DNA of 64,000 bases, taken from assembly GCA_963791045.1 (NCBI GenBank), contig CAWBQK010000001.1:96001-160000 (forward strand), read 5' to 3'. Shown one piece after another: positions 1-9,506 of the stretch. This DNA comes from Candidatus Latescibacterota bacterium. Lineage in GTDB: Bacteria > Krumholzibacteriota > Krumholzibacteriia > WVZY01. The notes beneath the pieces are model-generated. The model made no database searches. It saw only the letters and a list, made by a program, of their open reading frames with translations, and was not told the origin of the DNA. Numbering within the stretch: position 1 is the first letter of the stretch; the number at the start of each line of letters is the position of its first letter. Both the position numbers and the translations under genes were made by a program.

Positions 1-3000
1 CGAGTACTCGAGCCAGTCGTTCCCCACCACGAGCGCACCAAGCGCTCCCCCACTTCCCAGAAAATCGAGTGTCGTCCAGGCGGACCCGTCGTCGCTCACC
101 TCGACATACACCCCATCCGAGCCGTATGTCGCAAACTCGTACCAGCACCAGAACGACAGCCGTGTGTCGACACCGATCACGACGGGACCGGTGACGAGCG
201 TGTCCTCCATCGAGACGCCATATTCAAAAAGACCCTCCACGCCGTTGTACCAGCTCGTCGTGCCGGAATGGCTCCGGTTCGACGATCGATGCCACATGTC
301 AGCGGTGCCATTGTGGGTCCAGTCGCCATCGCCCCCTTCGACGTCGTCGGCCAGACCGTGTCCGCCGATCGCTACCATCACCATGTCGTTAAATTGAAGG
401 CCGCCCGCCGCTTCGATCAGAATGTCGATCTCGGCAATCATCGGGACCGGACACGCCGGATCGACAACAAGACCCGTGTGCGCGCACCTCGTCTCATCCG
501 GCTCAACGCCTCCACAAACCGCCATCTCGGAGGCAAAACTCAGGTGCGGACTAGTCGTTGAAAACGTTACCGTCACGTCGCCGCCCGGATCGAACCCGGT
601 GTTCTTGACGTAGACATTGAGGTCGGCCGTCTCCCCCGGATCGACAAAACCATCGCCATCGCCGCCAGTCAAATCGAGGACACCATACCCCGCGCAGACA
701 AAAACCGACGTCGCGCCGGTCACGCCAATCTCACCCATCCACAAACCGGCGGCGGCGGAGATTTCGGTCTCAAAAAGTATGACGTCGCCGTTTTCGATTC
801 CCGCAACGGTGTCGAACGCGAACGCCCCCGTGACACAAACCGAATCGCCGGCGGGTATCGTCCCCAACGAAACCGTGCTGTCGGTCAACGTAACGAGCGG
901 GTTCCCGGTACGTATAACCGCCGCAACGCCGTATGCCGGCTGACTCCCATAATTCTTGAAGCACGCATCCACGGACACCACATCGTCCGGCGCCACAAAA
1001 CCGTCATCCGATCCGTTTGCGGAATACGATGAAAGCTGGACGAAAGGATCGGTGGATTGGAGAAACGCGAACGTCACATTCGGGATCATGTTCTTCGCCG
1101 TCGCCGTCACATACACAATCGAAGCGGGATTTGTGGTCGTGATCTCGAACTGCACGCAACCGTCGACGCCGGTCAATCCGGTCTCGTAGACACCCGCGTC
1201 ATCGAGCACACACACCAGTGCCCCTTCGACCGGGGTCCCATCGGCTGTTCTCGTAACCGTGACCGGGCACAACGCCGGCCCCAGCGGGAATAGCGAAGGG
1301 CACGACACGGTCATATCGCCCGGTGTGTCGGTCCATATGGGCATCTCGGGGTCGCCGAGGAGGTTGATTTCGAACTCGCACCACCTGTACACATTGGTCG
1401 TTTGGGCAAACGGTACATACACCGACTTCGCCGCGGCGAGTGTCTGTCCAATGTGTTCGATGCCCTCATCGAAGAGCATCCTGAAAAACTGTTGATCGAA
1501 ACGGTCCGAGTATCCGTAGAGCGGATTCCCCGGGCTTCCCCAGCCATAGCGCGAGTTCCCGATGAACGCGACACCACCGCCCCCAGCGTTTGTCACAAAA
1601 TGCTCGGCGATACAATCGTTGTCGATGGCCGCGGGGAAGCATCCAATCGAATAAAGAACCGACGGGCGTTCATCGTTGTTGAGCATATCCATATCAGTAA
1701 TACGCAGGTATTCGTGATGCCCCACTCCCATAACCGTCGTGTTGGCGTGCCCGTTATGATTGACAATGTTGGGGCCGGCATTGAGCGCGTTTATTGCCGT
1801 CGTGCGGTTCTCGTTTCCCAACGATTCGTATAGTTTTGTGATCGGGTCGAAACGGTCGGGTACATAGAGTTCGTCGATATAATTCAACCCCTCACCCGAA
1901 TCGGTATACGGGTCGTCCCAGAGAATCATGGCGAGAAAAAGTATATCGAGCTCGTGGCCGCAGGCAGGCGGCTTTTCATACGTATTCATTTTGCCGATCC
2001 AGTTCGCCGCCTCCGACGCGTTTTCCACGGGCGCGCGGCCGAGAAAAACTTCGGGGTACATATCGACACCGTCATCGACTTCGCCGTAGACCCCATTCCC
2101 GTTCGCGTTCCAGTCGCCATCGAGATCGGCATAGTAGAGATCGCAGGGAATCTCGTTACTCGACGCCGCGTACTCCGCATCCATCGCGTATGCCTTGCGC
2201 TCGGGAATGACATTGGTATCCCCCCCGAGAAGAACCCACACCGTCCCCCAGTTCGCGTACGCGTCTTTTATAAAATTCCGGATCTGATCCTGAACGTCCG
2301 TACCCGTGTAGTTCGCCGTGATGTACTGAACGGTTACGATTTCAGAAGACAGTCCCTTGAGAAGTTTCCACCGCGCGAACGGTTCGAACGCGGCTACCAT
2401 CGACTCATCGGTGATGATCACGTACAAATGCTCTTCATCGGGTAGAATCGGCGACGACCGTACCGGCCCCTCCGCGAACCGCCGCGTGGCGACGGGCCCG
2501 CCGGTCAGTGATTCCAGAGTCTTGCGGTGAAACGACTCGGCATATACTCCCCCATCGAAACTGACCGGTTTCTCAGGCGCATCGCCGAAAGTGATTTCAA
2601 CTTCAATTAGTGAGTAAAATGTGAGCTTTTTCTCGGTGTGAGAATATTGGACGGGGTAAATCGTGAAAGCCCCGACACCAAAACCGGAAGAGAACCCATC
2701 GCCACAGACCGCGGCGATTTCCCGAGGATACGAATGCGTTCTCGAGTAGGCGACCGGATCAGCATGATCGAACGAGATCGCTTTTTCTGAAAGCGGCTGG
2801 GGTTTCTGGCATGGAAACGGGGTAAATAAACCATCGAGACCGGCGCTCTCGACGCGAACGACCTCAACCCGCGCGATCATCTTGCCCGGCGGCAACGGAA
2901 TATGCACGAGCTTCACGGGGAGCTGCGGCGAACCGATCTCGTATGTCAGTTCCAGCGATGGATACCTGACGATATCGTACGCCCCCGACCTGCCGAGTTC

Positions 3001-3150
3001 GAGTTTGCCGGAATCAAAACGAAATACTTCACGGACGGTTTGCGACCGTGCATCGATCGGAATCAACGACGACACGATCACCGAGAGTGCGACGACCACA
3101 ATCGTCGCCAACACCGAGACGGAAACGTTTTTTTGACCGCTGCAAGACAT
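1..3150 (-). CDS. C25 (gingipain-like) cysteine peptidase with propeptide and C-terminal Ig-like/beta-sandwich domains; 3'-partial
   Basis: Missing from the ORF track because it has no stop in the window. Hand translation from ATG 3150 (AGGAG upstream) gives signal peptide MSCSGQKNVSVSVLATIVVVALSVIVSSLI, propeptide GSPQLPV, then YVIITD..WKLLKG, VLLGGDTNVIP, IPCDLYYADLDGDWN, EVFLGRAPV, catalytic NHNGHA and YSIGC, and NLLGDPEMPIWT. The frame is still open at position 1. Confidence 0.9.
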   Translation of the reverse strand, partial: MSCSGQKNVSVSVLATIVVVALSVIVSSLIPIDARSQTVREVFRFDSGKLELGRSGAYDIVRYPSLELTYEIGSPQLPVKLVHIPLPPGKMIARVEVVRVESAGLDGLFTPFPCQKPQPLSEKAISFDHADPVAYSRTHSYPREIAAVCGDGFSSGFGVGAFTIYPVQYSHTEKKLTFYSLIEVEITFGDAPEKPVSFDGGVYAESFHRKTLESLTGGPVATRRFAEGPVRSSPILPDEEHLYVIITDESMVAAFEPFARWKLLKGLSSEIVTVQYITANYTGTDVQDQIRNFIKDAYANWGTVWVLLGGDTNVIPERKAYAMDAEYAASSNEIPCDLYYADLDGDWNANGNGVYGEVDDGVDMYPEVFLGRAPVENASEAANWIGKMNTYEKPPACGHELDILFLAMILWDDPYTDSGEGLNYIDELYVPDRFDPITKLYESLGNENRTTAINALNAGPNIVNHNGHANTTVMGVGHHEYLRITDMDMLNNDERPSVLYSIGCFPAAIDNDCIAEHFVTNAGGGGVAFIGNSRYGWGSPGNPLYGYSDRFDQQFFRMLFDEGIEHIGQTLAAAKSVYVPFAQTTNVYRWCEFEINLLGDPEMPIWTDTPGDMTVSCPSLFPLGPALCPVTVTRTADGTPVEGALVCVLDDAGVYETGLTGVDGCVQFEITTTNPASIVYVTATAKNMIPNVTFAFLQSTDPFVQLSSYSANGSDDGFVAPDDVVSVDACFKNYGSQPAYGVAAVIRTGNPLVTLTDSTVSLGTIPAGDSVCVTGAFAFDTVAGIENGDVILFETEISAAAGLWMGEIGVTGATSVFVCAGYGVLDLTGGDGDGFVDPGETADLNVYVKNTGFDPGGDVTVTFSTTSPHLSFASEMAVCGGVEPDETRCAHTGLVVDPACPVPMIAEIDILIEAAGGLQFNDMVMVAIGGHGLADDVEGGDGDWTHNGTADMWHRSSNRSHSGTTSWYNGVEGLFEYGVSMEDTLVTGPVVIGVDTRLSFWCWYEFATYGSDGVYVEVSDDGSAWTTLDFLGSGGALGALVVGNDWLEYS

Positions 3151-3265
3151 TAGCGCACACTCCTGTGCAAGGGGAGGTTACCGCGACATGCGTCCGACGG
3201 CGGGGGTACTATAATAGTAACGCTATTTGGGGATTTTTTCAGGTGAAATCTTGGCCGGACCGGCC

Positions 3266-4309
3266 TCAACGGATGAGCATCGCGTCGCCGTAACTGTAAA
3301 AACGGTACTTTTCTTCGACCGCGGCGTTGTAGCAGGCCAAGGTTTTGTCCGTCCCAAGGAAGGCGGAAACGAGGAGAAGCAGCGACGACTGCGGGAGATG
3401 GAAATTTGTGACGAGCCGGTCGACGCACCCGAACTCGTATCCCGGATAGATAAAGAGCCCAGTTTGTCCCACGTACTCCCTCGCCGCGTCGAACTTGTCG
3501 ATCAGCCCCCTGGTCATTACTGTTTCGAGAACTCGCGTCACCGTCGTCCCCACGGCTACGATATTCCGCCCCTGCTGCTTTGCCTCGGCAATTACTTGAA
3601 GCGTCGAACCGTCGATGGAATACATCTCCTTGTGGAGCTCGTTCATTTCCACTTCGTCATGCTCAAGCGGCAAAAATGTTCCGAGTCCGACATGGAGCGT
3701 GAGCGACACCACGCGTATTCCTTCCGATTCGAGAACCGACACGAGATCATTGGTGAAGTGCAACCCCGCCGTCGGCGCCGCCACCGACCCCCGGTCACTG
3801 GCAAAAACGGTCTGGTAACGTTCGTGATCGAGTTCGTCATCCGGACGCTGTATGTACGGCGGGAGCGGCACGTGGCCGATCTTGTCGAGAATCTCGCGCA
3901 ACTTGTGCTCCGACGCGACTTCAACAAGCACTTCCCGGTCCCCTTCGCGTGCCAGGACGCGCACCACGATTTCCCCGGTTTCGTCGGCCAGTTCATCACC
4001 GGGCCTGATCCTCCGCATCGGATTGGCCATCGCCGAAAAGCGCGTACACCCATGGACCTGAGTAACAAAAAACTCGAAGCGGCCGCCCGACGGCTTAAAC
4101 AGAAACATGCGGGCGGGAATAACGCGGGATCTATTCGTTACGACAACGTCGCCCGCCGACAAAAGACCGGGAAGATCGCGAAACACGGCGTTGTCACGAG
4201 TGCCCGTGCCGCGATCGATTACCATGAGCCGGCTCGCGCTTCTGTCCTTGAGCGGGCGCTGCGCGATAAGGGCCTTCGGGAGATTATAGTCGAATGATTC
4301 GAGCCGCAT
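3266..4309 (-). CDS. queA: S-adenosylmethionine:tRNA ribosyltransferase-isomerase
   Basis: FDYNLP..LIAQRP, PLPPYI, YQTVFA, GSVAAPTAGLHF, LHVGLGTF, TNFHLP, FYSYGDAMLI. Confidence 0.97.
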   Translation of the reverse strand: MRLESFDYNLPKALIAQRPLKDRSASRLMVIDRGTGTRDNAVFRDLPGLLSAGDVVVTNRSRVIPARMFLFKPSGGRFEFFVTQVHGCTRFSAMANPMRRIRPGDELADETGEIVVRVLAREGDREVLVEVASEHKLREILDKIGHVPLPPYIQRPDDELDHERYQTVFASDRGSVAAPTAGLHFTNDLVSVLESEGIRVVSLTLHVGLGTFLPLEHDEVEMNELHKEMYSIDGSTLQVIAEAKQQGRNIVAVGTTVTRVLETVMTRGLIDKFDAAREYVGQTGLFIYPGYEFGCVDRLVTNFHLPQSSLLLLVSAFLGTDKTLACYNAAVEEKYRFYSYGDAMLIR

Positions 4310-4311
4310 GT

Positions 4312-5337
4312 TTACAGGAGACGCGGATCGCCGGGGTCGGACAGTCCGGTGAGGCCAAGGTGAGTAAGCGCGAGTGGTGTCGTCATGCGTCCGCGTGATG
4401 TTCGTTTGAGGAAACCGGCCTGGATGAGAAACGGTTCGTAGACATCCTCGAGAGTTTCGGCTTCTTCGCTCACCGCGACGGCAAGCGAATTAATACCCAC
4501 GGGCCCGCCGGCGAATTTCTCGATGATATACGACAGGATGCGGCGGTCCATCTCATCGAGCCCCTTGTCGTCCACTTTCAACCGGCCCATCGCATAATCC
4601 GCCATCGAGGCGTCGATTGTCGATTTGCCGTCGACCTGGGCAAAATCCCTTATTCGCTTGAGAAGCCTGTTGGCAATTCGGGGGGTACCCCGCGAGCGCC
4701 GTGATATCTCCGACGCTCCATCGTCCGACACGCTTATGTTAAGAAGCCCGGCCGATCTAATGACTATTTTCTTGAGTTCTTCGGGGTCGTAGAAATCGAG
4801 GCGAAACACAACGCCGAACCTGTCGCGGAGTGGAGCGGTAAGCATCCCCACACGCGTCGTCGCGCCGACGAGAGTGAACGGCTCCAGGTTCAAAGAATAG
4901 TGCCGCGCGTTAGGGCCCTTGTCGACGATGAGCTCGCATCTCAAATCATCCATCGCCTGGTAGAGATGCTCTTCGAGAATCCGGGGCAGGCGGTGGATTT
5001 CATCTATAAAAATGACCTGGTTTCGCTCAACGTGGCTCAGCACACCGAGAAGTTCGGCGGAATTCTGGAACGCCGGTCCCGAAGTATGCTTTATCGGCAC
5101 ATCGAGTTCGTTGGCCACGATATGGGCGAGCGTCGTTTTGCCAAGCCCCGGCGGGCCGTAGAAGATCACGTGATCGAGCGCTTCTTCTCTTTGCCTGGCC
5201 GCTTTGATGAACACTTCGAGATTTGCCTTCAGTTCGGACTGGCCGACAAAATCATCGAGGGATTTTGGGCGCAGCAGCGCCTCGCTCTTGACGTCATCGA
5301 TCGAGGGCTTCGGACTTGTCACTCGTTCACCGCTCAC
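4312..5337 (-). CDS. ruvB: Holliday junction branch migration helicase RuvB
   Basis: LRPKSLDDFVGQ, GPPGLGKTTLA, FIDEIHRL, GATTR, RGTPRIANRLL, YEPFLIQ. Confidence 0.97.
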   Translation of the reverse strand: MSGERVTSPKPSIDDVKSEALLRPKSLDDFVGQSELKANLEVFIKAARQREEALDHVIFYGPPGLGKTTLAHIVANELDVPIKHTSGPAFQNSAELLGVLSHVERNQVIFIDEIHRLPRILEEHLYQAMDDLRCELIVDKGPNARHYSLNLEPFTLVGATTRVGMLTAPLRDRFGVVFRLDFYDPEELKKIVIRSAGLLNISVSDDGASEISRRSRGTPRIANRLLKRIRDFAQVDGKSTIDASMADYAMGRLKVDDKGLDEMDRRILSYIIEKFAGGPVGINSLAVAVSEEAETLEDVYEPFLIQAGFLKRTSRGRMTTPLALTHLGLTGLSDPGDPRLL

Positions 5338-5365
5338 GTGTTGTTCACCTCGTATTGCCGCGTCG

Positions 5366-5956
5366 TCACGACGCGCTTGCGTGTCTGAGAGCTTCCCTGA
5401 CGATTGCTTCGACGCTGGTCATGTCTGATTCGGCCCAGTCGATCCTCTCGAGCAACTGTTGAACCGCCATCCGTGTCATGCCCAACGATGTCAGCGCGAG
5501 AATCGCTTCTTCCCTGACCGCCGGCGCGAGTTCCCCGGGACCCGCTTCGATCTCGACGTCTTTGAGCTTGTCTTTGAGCTCCATGATGAGCCGTTCGGCG
5601 GTTTTCTTGCCCAGCCCGGGAAGCCCGCACAAAAAGGCGGCGTCCTCGCCGCGAATCGCGCGGACGATATTCTCGGAGGGTTGTTCGCCCATTATCCCGA
5701 GGGCGATGCGCGGACCAATACCCGACACCTCGATGAGGCGCATAAAAAGGTCCCTGTCCTCCGTCTTCAAAAACCCAAACAAAGAAATCCGATCTTCACG
5801 AACATACATGTATGTGAAGAACGCAACCTCTCCGGCCGCCTGCGTGAGGGCGCCTCGATCCCGTTCGGTCACCAGAAGTTCAAAGCCGACCCCACCGACG
5901 TCAACCACACACACCGGCGTCGCCGATATCAAATTTCCTCTTAGACGCGAAATCAT
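5366..5956 (-). CDS. ruvA: Holliday junction branch migration protein RuvA
   Basis: DVGGVGF, VRED..LFGF, VSGIGPRIAL, PGLGKKTAERLIMELKDK; sits between ruvC and ruvB. Confidence 0.95.
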   Translation of the reverse strand: MISRLRGNLISATPVCVVDVGGVGFELLVTERDRGALTQAAGEVAFFTYMYVREDRISLFGFLKTEDRDLFMRLIEVSGIGPRIALGIMGEQPSENIVRAIRGEDAAFLCGLPGLGKKTAERLIMELKDKLKDVEIEAGPGELAPAVREEAILALTSLGMTRMAVQQLLERIDWAESDMTSVEAIVREALRHASAS

Positions 5957-6441
5957 TTAGCCGCCCATTCCCTTTTTTTGAACGCGTGGCACAATGCGAT
6001 CGCCAGCGCGTCGGACTCATCTTCATTTTCAGGAGGATGATCGAGTTCGAGTATTTTCCCAAGCATAAAATTGACCTGCGACTTATCGGCCGCGCCGTGC
6101 CCCGTAACCGATTGTTTGACCTCGCGCGGCGGATATTCGCGGATGGGGAGTTCGGCGAGAGCCGCGGCGAGGATTGCCGCTCCCCGCGCTTCTCCCAGGA
6201 TGAGCGAGCTTCGGGCATTCTTTGCGTAAAAAATGTCTTCGATGGCGAAATGAGTGGGCGAGAATTCTTTAATGACCCCGTCGATCCTCTCGAAGATCAT
6301 CCGGAGCCTGGTGAAACGGTCCGCTGATTTTGGAAGCTTGATAAAACCCGAATCGATGTACTTGAAGCTCTCCGCCTCGGCGGAGATGATTCCATACCCT
6401 GTACAGTGGCTACCCGGATCGACACCCAGAATCCTGTACAT
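5953..6441 (-). CDS. ruvC: Crossover junction endodeoxyribonuclease RuvC
   Basis: RILGVDPG, AIEDIF, LGEARG, EYPPREVKQSVTGHGAADK, DESDALAIALCH. Start moved to ATG 6441, which follows GGAGG. Confidence 0.96.
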   Translation of the reverse strand: MYRILGVDPGSHCTGYGIISAEAESFKYIDSGFIKLPKSADRFTRLRMIFERIDGVIKEFSPTHFAIEDIFYAKNARSSLILGEARGAAILAAALAELPIREYPPREVKQSVTGHGAADKSQVNFMLGKILELDHPPENEDESDALAIALCHAFKKREWAAK

Positions 6442-6477
6442 CGGTTCAATTCCTCCCAACGGTGCGGTGTGACGTCG

Positions 6478-7221
6478 TCAATCGCCCTGCAGAAAATCGG
6501 GGGGAACGTCGAAGTTCGCACTGACCTGTTGAACGTCTTCCAGGTCTTCGAGAACCTCCATAAGTTTGATGATCTTCTGGGCATCGTCGCCATTCAGTTC
6601 GACGAGGGTGCCTGGGATTTTTTGAAGCTCCGCGGACTGGTAAGCGATATTCGCGTCGGCGATCGCCAGGCGGACCACTTCAAAATCCGTCATTGCCGTC
6701 TGAATCTCGAAACCGTCGCCGGTATCACGAACATCTTCCGCGCCCGCTTCCAGGGCGACATCGAGAAGTTTCTCCTCGTCGCAATTCTCGCAGAGCACGA
6801 AAATGACGCCTTTCGTCTCGAAGTTCCACGAGACGCAACCGTTTTCACCGAGATTCCCATTGTGCTTGGTAAGCGCGTGCCGAACTTCTGCCGTCGTTCG
6901 GTTTCTGTTGTCGGTCAACGTATCGATCATGAGAGCAACGCCGTTGGGGCCGTAACCTTCATAGGTTATTTCCTCGTAGGCCGCCCCGCCCGCGTCACCG
7001 GAGCCTTTCTTAATTGCCCGCATAACATTGTCGTGGGGCATGTTGTTGTCTTTCGCCGTTTGCATGGCGAGCCGCAAACGGGCATTGCCCGCTGGATCGG
7101 GTCCACCCTGCCGTGCGGCGACGGTGATCTCGCGAATCAACCGGCCGAACAACTTACCGCGGGCGACGTCTTTGGCGCCCTTTTTCCTCTTGATCTGGGA
7201 CCACTTGGAGTGACCGGCCAT
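6478..7221 (-). CDS. yebC: YebC/PmpR (TACO1) family protein
   Basis: MAGHSKW..IKRKK, YEGYGPNG, TDNRNRT; usual position upstream of ruvC. Confidence 0.96.
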   Translation of the reverse strand: MAGHSKWSQIKRKKGAKDVARGKLFGRLIREITVAARQGGPDPAGNARLRLAMQTAKDNNMPHDNVMRAIKKGSGDAGGAAYEEITYEGYGPNGVALMIDTLTDNRNRTTAEVRHALTKHNGNLGENGCVSWNFETKGVIFVLCENCDEEKLLDVALEAGAEDVRDTGDGFEIQTAMTDFEVVRLAIADANIAYQSAELQKIPGTLVELNGDDAQKIIKLMEVLEDLEDVQQVSANFDVPPDFLQGD

Positions 7222-7238
7222 CTCGCTTTACCTCACAA

Positions 7239-9308
7239 CTACGCTTTTTCTTCTTTTTCCTTCTGCGCCTCTTCAACGATCTTCGCCGTCACGTCGTGCG
7301 GGACGGGATCGTAGTGCGAGAATTCCCGCTTGTGCGCCCCGCGACCCTGTGTCATAGAGCGGAGGTGTGTCGAGTACCGGTACAGTTCCGCCTGCGGGAC
7401 CAACGCGCGGATCACGCTGAACTTGCCCTGCGGATCCATTCCCTGAATCTTGCCGCGGCGGCCGCTGAGGTCACCCATCACATCACCCATAAATTCCTCG
7501 GGCACCTTGATCTCGACGATCATTATCGGCTCGAGGAGCACCATGCGTCCCTCTTTCGCCGCTTTTCTGAAAGCCATCGAGCCCGCCATCCTGAACGCAT
7601 TCTCCGAGGAGTCGACGGTGTGAAAGCTTCCGTCATAGATCGTCACTTTGGCGTCAACGACGGGGTATCCCGCCACGACGCCTTCCTGCATCGCCGCACG
7701 GACACCCTTCTCCACGGCGGGAATAAACTTGCCCGGAACGACACCGCCAACGATCGCGTCGACGAATTCGAAATCTTCACCGCGCGGCAGCGGTTCAAGC
7801 TTGAGCCAGACATCCCCGTACTGACCGCGGCCGCCCGTCTGCTTTTTGTACTTACCCTGTGCCTCCGCCGTCTTCGTGATCGCTTCTTTGTATGGAATAC
7901 GCGGTTTCGAAAGCAGCACGTCGACGCCGTAGCGTTTTTTCAACCGGTTGACGAGAATCTCGAGATGGAGTTCCCCCTGACCGGAGATGAGGGTTTGCCT
8001 TATTTCGGGCGCAACACGGACATCAAAGGTCGGGTCTTCTTCCTTGAGACGGTTGAGCCCCGCGCCGATCTTGTCCTCATCACCCTTACCGGCCCCCTGG
8101 ATCGCGGAAAAGATAGAAGGTGTCGGATAATTCGTCTTGGGAATAACTACGGTTTTTCCCTTTTCACAAAGTGTGTCTCCGACATGCGCCAGTTTGAGTT
8201 TTACCGCCGCTCCAAGGTCGCCGGCGACGATGGTGGCCGTCTCCGTCCGGTTTTTGCCCTGGAGATAGAAGAGCTGCCCGAGACGATCGGACGAGTTTTG
8301 TGTCGAATTGAAGACGTCCTTGCCGCCGGCAAGCTTTCCCTGGTAAACACGCAGGAACAACATGTCTCCAAGGTGATCCTCGGAAATGTTTTTGAATATC
8401 TTCGCTGCCGGTGGTTTGGCGGGATCAGCTTCCAGCGTATCTTCCGAATCGACGATCGGTTGGGCCCTCAATACCGGTGACGGCATCAGGTCCGCGATAC
8501 CTTCGAGAAACTGGGTCACGCCGACATTCTTCTCCGCCGACAAACAGAACACAGGGTAGACATCGCCCGCGGCAACCCCGGCGGCAAGACCCTGAAGGAG
8601 TTCCTCACGAGTCAACGAATCGGACTCGAGGTATTTTTCCATCAGCACTTCGTCGCTCTCGGCGGCCGACTCAAACAGTTCGCGGCGCATGGATTCGACC
8701 TTGTCCGCGAGATCCGCCGGAACATCGATTTCCTTGCCCTTACCATCCGCTCCGTACTCGTACGCCTTCCCGCTCAACAAGTCGACAACACCCTTGTACC
8801 CTTCGCCCGAACCGATAGGCAACTGAACCATCACCGCGGAACGCCCTGCCATCTCGACAATCTGTTCGACGCACTTGTCAAACGCGGCGTGCTCCTTGTC
8901 CATTTTGGTGACGCAGAAAATCGAGGGTAGCTTTCTATCCCGGACATAACCCCACACTTTTTCGGTGCCGACCTCGACACCGCCATCGGCGCGGATTATA
9001 ACAGCAGCACTTTCGACTACATCGAGCGCGCCTATGACCTCTCCAACAAAATCCTCGTAACCCGGGGTATCGATGATGTTGATTTTATGGTCTTTGAATT
9101 CGGCGAAGGCCAGCGATGCCTGGATCGAAATCTTGCGTTCGATTTCCTCCGGGGACGTATCCATCATTGTGTTTCCGTCATCAACGCTTCCCATCCGGGT
9201 CGTCGCCCCGGTATCGAACAGAATTGATTCCGCCAGCATGGTCTTGCCGGTGTCCTGGTGACCGACGAGGGCTATGTTTCTGATTTTGTCAGGAGTATAG
9301 TCCTTCAC
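7239..9308 (-). CDS. fusA: Elongation factor G paralogue (EF-G2 type)
   Basis: Full EF-G architecture (KKQTGGRGQYGDV, YDGSFHTVDSSE, LLEPIM) with divergent G-motifs GHQDTGKT, RKISI, DTPGY, TKMD; not in the rpsL-rpsG-tuf operon. Confidence 0.93.
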   Translation of the reverse strand: MKDYTPDKIRNIALVGHQDTGKTMLAESILFDTGATTRMGSVDDGNTMMDTSPEEIERKISIQASLAFAEFKDHKINIIDTPGYEDFVGEVIGALDVVESAAVIIRADGGVEVGTEKVWGYVRDRKLPSIFCVTKMDKEHAAFDKCVEQIVEMAGRSAVMVQLPIGSGEGYKGVVDLLSGKAYEYGADGKGKEIDVPADLADKVESMRRELFESAAESDEVLMEKYLESDSLTREELLQGLAAGVAAGDVYPVFCLSAEKNVGVTQFLEGIADLMPSPVLRAQPIVDSEDTLEADPAKPPAAKIFKNISEDHLGDMLFLRVYQGKLAGGKDVFNSTQNSSDRLGQLFYLQGKNRTETATIVAGDLGAAVKLKLAHVGDTLCEKGKTVVIPKTNYPTPSIFSAIQGAGKGDEDKIGAGLNRLKEEDPTFDVRVAPEIRQTLISGQGELHLEILVNRLKKRYGVDVLLSKPRIPYKEAITKTAEAQGKYKKQTGGRGQYGDVWLKLEPLPRGEDFEFVDAIVGGVVPGKFIPAVEKGVRAAMQEGVVAGYPVVDAKVTIYDGSFHTVDSSENAFRMAGSMAFRKAAKEGRMVLLEPIMIVEIKVPEEFMGDVMGDLSGRRGKIQGMDPQGKFSVIRALVPQAELYRYSTHLRSMTQGRGAHKREFSHYDPVPHDVTAKIVEEAQKEKEEKA

Positions 9309-9373
9309 AATTGTCCTCCTCTAAGTGACCTCCACCCCAAAAGATAGAGCGCAGATAATTTCTTTAAACGGGC

Positions 9374-9403
9374 ATTCTAGCACCCGCGAGGCCGTGTTGT
9401 CAA
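9374..9403 (-). promoter_or_regulatory. Sigma70-type promoter for the fusA2-yebC-ruvCAB-queA operon
   Basis: TTGACA-N18-TAGAAT with a TG extended -10 on the minus strand. Confidence 0.65.
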
Positions 9404-9506
9404 CGGCGGTGAACTTGTGCGGATAGGCGGCCCAAATCCGGGTAGTGGCGTTGAAATCACACAGGGGCGCTCCCAACCATCCGGACGTTCAAGGAGCGCC
9501 GGGCGG

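Noticed and set aside
164-3153. Many short plus-strand ORFs at the left end
   Set aside because: They are antisense shadows of the continuous minus-strand C25 peptidase frame.
9465-9500. GGCGCTCC/GGAGCGCC hairpin after the GT gene
   Set aside because: Large loop and no U-tract; too weak to call a terminator or ncRNA.
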